Source: Catajapyx aquilonaris
Taxonomy: Eukaryota
Assembly: GCA_000934665.2 (NCBI GenBank)
Contig: KZ538799.1
Span: 1-46,853, forward strand
Length of the DNA: 46,853 bases
Direction of reading: 5' to 3'
Position 1 is the first letter of the stretch; every line of letters starts with the position of its first letter. Below, one piece after another: positions 37,175 through 46,853 of this stretch. A program made the translations under genes and the position numbers. The notes beneath the pieces were generated by a model. It had not been told where the DNA came from. It ran no database searches and saw only the letters and a list, made by a program, of their open reading frames with translations.

Positions 37175-38033
37175 ATTTACGACTGCCGCAAAGCAGGGTC
37201 ACAAAACGAGGCCTATCTGCGTAGTTCGGTAGACCCTGCCACACTGTACCACGAAAAAACCAGAGATGCTCCTATAGTGTCGTGTTGGGACTTGAGGTGT
37301 TGCAGCGAAGTGTTAATGCTGCTATTTTTTGTTGTCGTCAAATTTTTAAAATCACGTTTTTCAATTTTATTATTGTAATGTTGAAACATTGCAAATTCGA
37401 GAATCATAAACGGGGCTTACCTGCATTCAGCTTTAGATATCTAAAATTCTTTGTCACATAAAGTGCCAAAATACTGTATCGATTGCTTGCAATATATTAT
37501 TATGCAATTTGTTTGAGCTAAGGGCAGATGCTGTTGCAAAATTAATAATGAAATCATGTTTTAAAATATTATCAATCAAGATGCTTTTATTAAGAAGTTG
37601 CCTCAAAATAGTAACTTGCAAGTCATCAGCTTATATTAGGTGAATGAGGCCATTCTTGTGAACCACATCTGCAGAAGAGCCTAGCCTTCAAAAATGGGTA
37701 CAGCCATTGACCTCCAGTGCCAGTTATATCCAGATGAATCATTTGGAATGACTTGAACTCATATTGCAATTCAGGGCCTGAAGTAACATGTCCTGTCAGC
37801 ACAATGTTATCAGCCACGTCTTTCCATAACCTTCAGAGTAACTAATGAAAGTTATAGCTTGAAATAATGTACTATTTGGTGTGATAAAATATCTAAGAGT
37901 GAAACAGACACACTTCAGGTAGAATAAACTGCATGTATTACATTTACACATATCAGTATTTATCCTTACATCAGTTGCTGCTGATGTGGATTAGCCATTC
38001 ATAGCGCCACAAGAAGGCCAGATTTCAGGTGTA

Positions 38034-38213
38034 CACTACTGGAAAAAACTGACTTGAGGGGTGCAAGCAGCGCCATAATTATGCTGGCCCACGTGGAAGT
38101 TTGTACTTGAACATGCAGAGACGGGTTGCCGAGTTGACTCTTGCACTCTTCCACCTGCACCTACATTTTGCACTTGATTGTACCCCCGAAGGAAGTTTTT
38201 TTTTCCAATAGTG
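38034..38213. mobile_element. Decayed MITE with CACT termini and TA flanks
   Basis: TA|CACTACTGGAAAAAACT...GGGGTGCAA versus TTGTACCCC...AGTTTTTTTTTCCAATAGTG|TA. Confidence 0.55.
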
Positions 38214-40720
38214 TACCCTTATACTGTCATGAGCAAAAGAAAAGCATACATGAATAAAAAGCCACGTGGAAACGTGTGTATTGCTGTGCAATTAAATTTC
38301 AAACGAGCAAGTGACTTTCCCTGATGGAGTGTGGAATAGTGGGGTAGGTGGTGCCATGCTTGCTCCAGATTTTGAAGTAAACTGTTTTCAAATTAAAACT
38401 TTAAAAAGCCCCAGTGTTGCATTGGTTTGATAGAGGGCTGGTTTCACCGAGCTCTGTATTATGATAAAACCAGGTTTCTTTAGGAAAAGCCATACAAATA
38501 TGTAGGGATTTTTTGAAAGAACCCTGGTTATATCATATACCGAGCTCGGTGAAACTGGCTCAGAGTCCATGCAATTGTTATGATTTGAGCAGTTTTTTTT
38601 TGGTTTTCTTACATTCCTTGCATTCCCCTGGCACATTTGAATTTACCAGTGGGTACACTTAATATTCAAGATGTTATCATTCCCTGGATTTTATGAAGTT
38701 ACTTTATGGAAAATCCAATCTTTTGTTCAGGCCAGTAGCTAAATACGGCATGTTTCCACAAGGCCTATTCTCAAGATATTCAGGTTACTTTGTAGTGTTG
38801 CAATGTCAACAGCTGTACCAAAGCAAGCAAGGTACTCAAGACGCTACGTACTTTGGGAGAGGTACAAGGATCATAATTATGGCCCATTTGGGACACTTAG
38901 CTACGTAAGTAAATTATCATCATTCACCAGTAAATCTTCAATGATCCATTTGCCCTACTTTGGAAATCGCTTCATACGATTTAAACAAGTTTCTTTATAG
39001 TCAAGTAGTTGCGAATGCCACACCTTTCGTGACTTTCACATACAAAAATTAATTACAAAAGTTGAATGAATATCATGCACAAATGAATAAATGACCAAAA
39101 TTAGGCTGAATCAAATGGTACGCTTTATATGAGGAAATATTTTCAACGTATTTGCTGTGAAGAATGGAAGGTCAATAATTCTGGAATAGAGAATGAGTTG
39201 ACACTCTTTTGAACATACCCTGGTGGAACAGCACCATGCAATTTGAGGGTGGCACCTAAGCATTCTGTGCTTTAAAATTGCATTCCATGACAGCCATAAT
39301 TATAGTCCACGTGTGATTGCCATGTTAGGTCAGTTCCATGGCCATTTTGGGACCCTTTATGGATACAATGGCCACCATGAATCACGTGTCATCCATTTTA
39401 TAAAATCTCATATCTGCAGGCTTGAAACGACTTGCCTGACTGCATTTTATTCCCGGTGCATGTGGCATATCTCATTACAAGCCGAATCTGTGGCCAACTT
39501 ATGGTTCCTACGATTTTAAAATCCATTGCTAAGTCGTGATCATTTAGCTTTTTTTTTTTCCTTGAATGCTATGTTCAGCCAGAGTCAAGTTTTATTACTT
39601 CAAACCGGTGTTTTTTGCTCAACTATATCCAGATGTCTCAACATTTCAGAAGAAGGAAAAGAGTGAGCATACCATGAACTACATAACTACAAAACTCCAG
39701 TGCCAGTGTGACATTTTTTTTTGTCTCTTCTTGTGCGTATGTTGAGTGCGTGTGTGAATTTCCCCCAACCCTTCAAACGTGTGTGATTTCTTACGACGGC
39801 TTCTTAGGAGGTGTACTTAATAATACTGCCATGAAATGAAAGCGAGTCAATTTCTTTTTTCTTATTTTTTGTGAAGGACACCTGTTTCCATATTTATTTA
39901 CTGTTATCACTACTAATTGAAAGATAGGTGGTGACAATTTAGTGACTAAACGTGACTGGACGTAACTGTCCTTTTTATCCATCCCGATTATATATAAAAA
40001 ACTATGAACGGAAATACCAAATGAGTGACCCCCTTTTTTTGTACAGTTTTGTACGATTGTAAGTCATAGATTCATTAAAATGACTAGAGCAATAAAGAGA
40101 ATTGTGTATGAATAATCATGTTTTTCTTTTTTCTTTTTGCAGAAGTGACTCTTTGATGACTGGTATTTTTCCTTGTTATACAGAATCCTGTACCTTTTGT
40201 AACTCACAGCACATGGTGAATGTAACAATATTTTATAGGCCTGGCAATGGACTTGCACGTCACATCAGCCACCAGCCTTTAGTTGTTTGCTTCATTGTTG
40301 AGGTTTAGGTTTATTGAGAAGAAGCCAAAGCAACTATGGCTATCTGGCTATAAGAAGACACAAAAGATGGGACAGACGGGGAGAGAAACGAAGAGGAAAA
40401 AGATGACAGGAAAGACTGGCATCTCTCTTAGTCTGTCTCCTACCCCAAAGACCTGTCGGGCTTGGGTGGCCCTACCAGTAGACGAAGCTACCGCCAGCAT
40501 AGCTCTTGGGGTCACAGGAGAAACGCAAACCCCACCACCACAATAAGGTGGAGATACCATCGGGGGGCTTCATTGTTGATGTTGCAATGCCTGCACACAA
40601 GCTCTGATACAGATGCTAGGTTTTTTAAAAATTCCTTCAATAAATATTTGTTATGTTATCCATCTCCCCTTAGCATGTGTACTATTAGACGCAAAAGTAA
40701 TGTCATATAACAGTGCAACA

Positions 40721-40990
40721 TTACTTTTGTTCATGACTGTCTTGTTGTTTAGCGACTTGCCATCTAGTAAGGCATTCAATATGTAAACGAGCCGCTACTG
40801 CCGCCTTCGACTCCGGACTCGGATGGTGTTGACCAGTCACAATGTACGCCGCCTCTCTGGCCGCACAGTCAGCCTCGTTGTTCCCAGGGACCCCGGAGTG
40901 ACCCTTCACCCAGCACCAGCATGCAGAGTTCAAAGCGACCACCGGATCCTGTCGAAATGGACTACTGTGCCTGCAAGGATGAGGGCCCAT
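40721..40990 (-). mobile_element. Retroelement relic: RNase H domain fragment (RNase H-bearing non-LTR type)
   Basis: WVKGHSGVPGNNEADCAAREAA matches the C-terminal RNase HI motif W-x-x-(G/A)-H-x-G-x-x-GNE-x-AD-x-x-A; isolated fragment with no RT visible. Confidence 0.75.
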
Positions 40991-42770
40991 GCGGGCTATC
41001 TAACTTAAGACCAATGTCATGGCCCTGGATGCTCCCAATGTGCTGTTTAATGATGTTATCATCGTAAATATGAGGTCATCCCAACAACTTGTTCTCATGC
41101 CAAATTTTGAAAAACCATGTATAGCAACAGCCACACTTACGTTAGAAAACTTTCATATAAATAAAGGTGTAGAAAATGTGTGTTTTTTTTAAATAACTCG
41201 TACAGTATTTAGAGGTTCAGGTACTTTCAGGTTACTTAGGGCAGGTACAGTACCTGAGTGGGTGTTCGTATTGTTATTTTTTCCTGCCCACAATGAACAA
41301 ACAATAGTTGAATAGCAACCATCAACCACTCTTTCTAGATATACGTACTTTCGCTTGGCGCAAACCATTCTTTAAAAGTACACAAGGATTTATTAATAAC
41401 TTAGTATAATAATAATTCGTTGAGTGCAGCCCTAGATGCGATCCCATGGATTGGACCTGATAATGCACTTGACGATCCCTACAAATAATAGTGTCACATT
41501 GGTTAGAAAAAATTACCAGGCTCCTTGCAGAAGGGAAATTAATGGTTTCATGAAATTGTGTACCAGAATAAAATATCGAAATATGCATTCAATCTGTGCA
41601 TGGGGATCCATATTATAAGGTGCAGTCGATTAAAGAAGCGATCAGTATTTAATTGTGGAAAACCCACGGAATTAATTACTTAAATATTACGCAGTTCGTG
41701 TACGCCCACAGGTATAGCCATAGGGTATGGCTATCATTGTGTACGTACATAGTCTTCATATATATATCTACAGAGCTACGAGGTATTTGCTGTATAGCAG
41801 CGCCGTGCATGATATTAATGAGAACAGTAACAACCTATGTAGCCATTATTTGTCAAAGTATGCTGAAAAGCTAAGTCGTCCATCGTCGGGTTGGAAGGCA
41901 ATGCAGAGGGTGTCCAACAGAAAAGTATTTCGCATTATAAGTTATTAAATAATACCGCCACACAAGTGTCACGTGAATCTCAGATTACGTATAATTATAC
42001 TCTTGAGAACAGTGGTACACCGATGGGACATTTACAAGACTAACTTCACCAAGCAAGTCCCATTGTGACAGAAACTGAACGTGGTAACATAATTATGCAC
42101 GAGATATATTCTCATAGGAAACGTTCTGCATGGGGGACCTTTCTGACATTGTCATTCGGGCGACGTATTCCTCCGTCGGCCAGACCATGTTCGAGGAAGT
42201 GAGAAATATTGTGCCTGCAATATATTGGTTTTTTATAACATCCTTCGCAACCTGAACACCACTTATAAGAGTTATTGGCCAAATGTATGTGCCATGCCAC
42301 CGAAGGTAGTGGCTGAACTTAAGTTAAATGGAATTAAGTCGGGATGGAAATAATTCGTGACAGGGAAAGAGTTAAATGACATCTTTTAATTTCCACATTA
42401 ATTTTTACTCCATTTCTGGCACAAGGACCTCACAAGTCTAGCTTCTCTTTTAATTTGCAGAATTAACTCCTTTAAATACGTTTAATATTCTTCGCAACAA
42501 TAATTACAACCTGTATCGATTGAAACATCAGTTACACATCGAGAATGCTCATAGATTGCGCTGTAAGTTACTTTTTAATCACATCAAACCACATTAAAAA
42601 GAAGCTGAAGGGTACACATCCATCTACATTACACAATACAGTTTGACTCTAAATTATTACAATCATGTCGTATATACTCCAAATGCAAATGAAACTAGAC
42701 ATTGCAAAACTTCACTCTGTTTGTTCCCTCTCCCATATTGTGAAGAAAAACCTTTGCAGATGGAAATATA

Positions 42771-42965
42771 CAGGGTGATCCAACTCTATGGCACCAACAG
42801 TTATTGGAAAAAATAGCACAAGCTGCTTGTTTATAAGCAGGTCGTTGATACTTTCTGGCGGAGTATCGGGAATAGCACCTCTTATAGCAACGACCTGCTT
42901 ATAAACAAGCAGCTTGCGCGATTTTTCCAATAACTGTTGGTGCCATATAGAGTTGGATCACCCTG
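42771..42965. mobile_element. Tc1/mariner-type MITE, 195 bp
   Basis: TATA|CAGGGTGATCCAACTCTAT..GGCACCAACAGTTATTGGAAAAA...AAGCTGCTTGTTTATAAGCAGGTCGTTG with the mirror arm ending GGATCACCCTG|TATA. Confidence 0.9.
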
Positions 42966-44071
42966 TATATTTTGATAATTATACTGTACAAGAGTCATGG
43001 CTTACCTGGATAGAATATTATCCACAACTGGCACGAGATGAGCAGACAGACTATAGGTTCACTACGTACTGACCTCTTCTAGTTCAAATTCGGGTTTTTT
43101 AATACTATTCGACTTTATTCCGGGGTAGCCAGACGTGACGAGAACGATTCTGGGCGCAAGCCGGCGCAAGCATGTTTATGGCCCCGCTTCCTTGACGCTA
43201 GTGATAATATGCAATGTATTCCAAGGAGGCAACATAGTAGGATTGCTCCGTTTGCTTGTAGTTATGAATAATTATTTAATTATTATTAGGTCCACAACGT
43301 GAAATAGCAAGTCTAGCATTGACGCTAGGCGAACCTATGACCTTTCACCGGGTGATGGATGTCAGGTTCAGATATAAAATTAGTATTCTATAATTTTATA
43401 GGTGGAAGTGTTTGTTTATCATTGCAATGCATCACTAAAGACGCCTTTATTATGGCAGAAGAATATGTGGTCTTCATCACCAGAAGAAGGCATGAAGAGC
43501 ACCTAGGACAATGAGTGCATTTTTGATCTCATGAAACGGGACCACCGGGACGAACAATGAGCCCATACCAGCGGAGCACAAATCCGCCATCCTTTCTACA
43601 TAATTTCATTATTACTTCGCTGGTCAGTTAAATTCTGCAGCATTTAATTATTATTATAGATTATTATAGACAAAACTCAAGGTTGACAGCCAGCTAGACT
43701 ACCCTCTTCAGGAGGCGGGGTAGAATACTATTATTATATTATCACACTGTGACGGTTGCATGACATGACGAGAAGTATAGCTATAAGGCCTACGCGGCAA
43801 ACATATTGGAGAAACATGGGCTTTCATTTCTATTATAATTTCACACTTTGATGTGTAGTATACTATACATGAATAAATGGAAGATAGTAGTGGGAGAAGG
43901 GAGATGTGTAGTTATCATTTAATAGCAATTTATTCATCCGCCACTTCCAGAACCTTTCAATTCCGATCATAATTATTAGGCTATAGTCACACACACTTAA
44001 AAATACTATTGCCTGTGGAACTGTTTTAAGGACGTCTCTTTTTGTATTTTTGGCAGCAAATAATATGAATT

Positions 44072-44236
44072 CTAAGCTGTCGAAAAATTACCCTTTCATA
44101 CTCGATTCGTACCAGGCATGTTACAAACAGGCCCACGGAAACCCACGTATATGTAAAGAAAAACTCATGTTATAGAGCTACTTGTCACATACCTGGCACG
44201 AATCGCGTATGAAGATGTAGCTTTTCGACACCTCAG
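44072..44236. mobile_element. Decayed fold-back element (probable MITE, family unassigned)
   Basis: About 55-bp imperfect arms: TGTCGAAAAATTACCCTTTCATACTCGATTCGTACCAGGCATGTTACAA versus TTGTCACATACCTGGCACGAATCGCGTATGAAGATGTAGCTTTTCGACA. Confidence 0.65.
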
Positions 44237-44671
44237 TCATATTTGCTTATTTTGTTTTGACCACCTAATTAAAAACATGCATAAATGCTAATTTGATATG
44301 CTTTTTTTCCATCTGCCAGTGCTTTACCCTTCCCGCACGATCTCTCGCCAGGAATACAATATATTATCCCGGCTGGGGATGACTTGGATATCTGTGACTC
44401 ACTAAACAGCACACGGACTATCTTGCACACGGATCAAGCAATCACTCGACTGCCGTGTATTTCGACATTTAAAAGGTGGTCATCACACGTCTTCTTACAT
44501 CTAATAAGTTACTAATATCATTCACAAGATTGTGAAATGACAGCAGTTGGTTACAGTACCGAGTACATCCTCTCTTACTCCAATGCATGCTTGGATGGCA
44601 ATTTGACTGTTAACAGGGGGAGCTCTGCAGTCGGTGTCATTCGGACTTTCGGAAAATAATAAAACACTAAT

Positions 44672-44805
44672 TTGTATGTAACTTCGTTAGAGTGGCACAT
44701 CATGAACCCAACACCTCCACCTCTCCAGCAGAAGACTTCCTCCCCAAACAATTTAGAACTGAATCGCCTGGAGGAACAGGTATGGAGAGCTCTCCTACAA
44801 CGCAA
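44672..44805 (+). pseudogene. Possible highly decayed Tc1/mariner-superfamily transposase fragment
   Basis: SSPNNLELNRLEEQVWRALLQR resembles the WPPNSPDLNP(L/I)(D/E)xxVWxxLxxR motif; weak similarity. Confidence 0.3.
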
Positions 44806-45759
44806 TGGGCAAACTATCGCAAATACAGCCGTATCAGTGAAAACAACAACTCATACTTGATGTACATGTTGCACAGTAACAGTATTGATGCTGAGTAACC
44901 CTTGACCTTAAGGTGATAGCAGGTATATACGTATATACTTATTAGTAGGGAATGCACTTTGGCTCCCTTCAGCAGAAGCAGCAGCTCTCTGTGCAACAGG
45001 ATCCGACCTACTCAAGAGAAAAACACATCCTTGATCAACACTAATTTATCAATAAGGAACCTATACTTCCAGCCCTGCAGATCTAGCACAAAACTAAATG
45101 TCGCGTTACCATAGACGTGTTCGTATGTACGCAAAACGTCCTGTTAACCCCACATGTGAAATTAAACATACATGAGTAGAGGACATTCACCTCTTATAAT
45201 ATAGGCGAGTCGCGGGCAACCATGCTGGCAGAAGAGCTTATTAATTCATTTGTTATTATTAGTTGTTATTATTAATTTGTTATTATTATATTAAAGCAGG
45301 CAATCTCTGCAACAATAAGAGTATTGTCATCGGCCAAGATTCTAAGAGAAGACAATGTTTATAACAGAAGCTGTGGACTGACTCTGTGTCAGTTGGTCAA
45401 CAGTCCCCTATACAGGCTGAGAACATAACAAAAGCATCGGTTATTTACCTTTACTTTAACCTGTACCTCACTGTTAACTATACAGTTGACGCTTGGGTAC
45501 TCTGACTGGTCAACCGGCAAGGGGTCAGAGGCCACCTAGTCTATCCAGTTCCTCAATGATCTAGCAGGAAGGAAGACAAGATAAAACAATCACCAGCAGC
45601 GGGCCTTTTACACGAGTCAAAGGATGTTCTCTACTCTCTATAGTTCCGTGGGCCTGATGTCAACAATGACCTTTCCTGCCCACGTCAACTAACCAACTCC
45701 CGTATAACCAGATGGCACCGCCATCGCTACGATGTCAGTAGGAAAAAGGTGTTTATCCC

Positions 45760-45762
<3 letters not shown>

Positions 45763-45839
<77 letters not shown>
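45763..45839. repeat. (AAT)n microsatellite, about 25 units
   Basis: Directly visible; gives the spurious poly-N ORF. Confidence 0.97.
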
Positions 45840-46540
45840 CCTGAGGTAGTGCTTTGGGTATATCACACGGACCTTCATTTTATTAGTGTACATTGGTGCC
45901 TATTAATTGAAGCGCCCGGGCCCACGGGCAGGATGACAGGAGGGGATATGTGCGAAGTGCAGTGCGCGAACTGTTATGGGTACCTTTTGTGAACTCCCCC
46001 GGGTGGTTTAGTCTAAGGAAATACCACCCGAAACGAAGCCAGAGACGACCTAAACTCTGCACGAGATGAAGGGGGTGTCGTAGCGGATCGGGAAGATGGC
46101 CTCGCTCAGCACGACAGCACTGAAGGTTGCAGGTATAATCCACGATGAATAGGACGAATCAATCGGTGTTATGAAGTGCCTCGCGACCTTCCAACTAGAA
46201 GGGGAACTTGTTTTCTTCAGTCATTGTGTCGGAACACCGTGGAAGACCTGGCTATATTTTCCCAGAAGAAGATAAATAATTATGATAATCGACACATATT
46301 AGTACTTGTCAATCAGCCTGTTATACCAGGGACAATAAACATTCCGAATGAGGCGTTACCCCTTTCACTCCCCTTGAGGGACTACAGTCATGTAGACATA
46401 GTAGTAGGTCTCGTATACAGGGTGTAAATGAATTCAACCGACAAACTTCTAGGGGTGATAGAGGGGACCAAGACAAACATTTTTGACATAAGAAACCGTG
46501 TCCGGAAACGCCATCTAGAGGGGGTTCATAGACAAGGAAT

Positions 46541-46853
46541 GGGTGCGCTCAGACGCGTCACGCGTGAGGCACTAGGAGAGCGGACTGTTTTGTTGATAGA
46601 TGGCGCTCGGATAGTAACCAACGATGCGATGTGCCACAACGTGGCAACAGCAGAGCCATCTAGCAACTAAAGTCCGCCTCCTAGGAGACTCGCGGATAGT
46701 CAACAGCGGTTCTGTTGTTGCCAGGTTATGGCGTATCGTGTTGTTGTTTACTTACAACGACGCGATACGCCATAACCTGGCAACAACTGCGCGCCATCTA
46801 TCAACAAAACAGTCTGCTCGACTTGCGCCTCTCGCGTGACGCGTCTGAGCGCA
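46541..46853. mobile_element. Harbinger-like MITE with about 63-bp TIRs and a nested internal hairpin; right end cut by the window edge
   Basis: GGGTGCGCTCAGACGCGTCACGCG...GACTGTTTTGTTGATAGATGGCGC mirrored by GCGCCATCTATCAACAAAACAGTC...CGCGTGACGCGTCTGAGCGCA at the window end. Confidence 0.8.

Noticed and set aside
41614..42280. Possible mariner relic (TIR-like start, IVTxxE and HRWD-like peptides)
   Set aside because: Motifs are too degenerate, out of the expected order, and no matching second TIR was found
45732..45992. Poly-Asn ORF (also poly-Ile/Leu ORFs at 6970-7379 and SVCL/RQTD ORFs at 19452-19756)
   Set aside because: Translations of microsatellites; only 7018-7107 is a real exon
45990..46034. 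Hairpin CGGGTGGT...ACCACCCG followed by AAAC (hammerhead/Penelope-like)
   Set aside because: No upstream CTGANGA core

Overview
AT-rich, intron-containing eukaryotic DNA, most likely arthropod given the tout-velu-type EXT1 sequence. Two head-to-head protein-coding genes can be spliced by hand with GT-AG introns and consistent phases. (1) Minus strand: a 10-exon, about 616-aa type-B carboxylesterase/cholinesterase-fold protein (13987 to 3837) with a signal peptide, a C-terminal transmembrane helix and a short tail ending in a PDZ-type motif. It keeps the GHSAG serine but has an atypical oxyanion loop and Asp at the catalytic acid position. (2) Plus strand: exostosin-1/tout-velu, 8 coding exons, about 776 aa (23820-36775), with a probable GC-rich, uORF-laden non-coding first exon near 20.5-21.0 kb. 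Non-coding DNA is rich in small fold-back elements: several Tc1/mariner-type and PIF/Harbinger-type MITEs, a perfect 40-bp palindrome, and two related Helentron/DINE-like non-autonomous elements. One of these has triplicated its microsatellite hairpin and formed a 195-bp palindrome just upstream of EXT1; the other hosts a nested MITE. There is also a decayed tRNA-derived SINE, an RNase H retroelement relic, microsatellites and a small assembly gap. Coordinates were counted by hand and family assignments are from motif recognition, not database searches.
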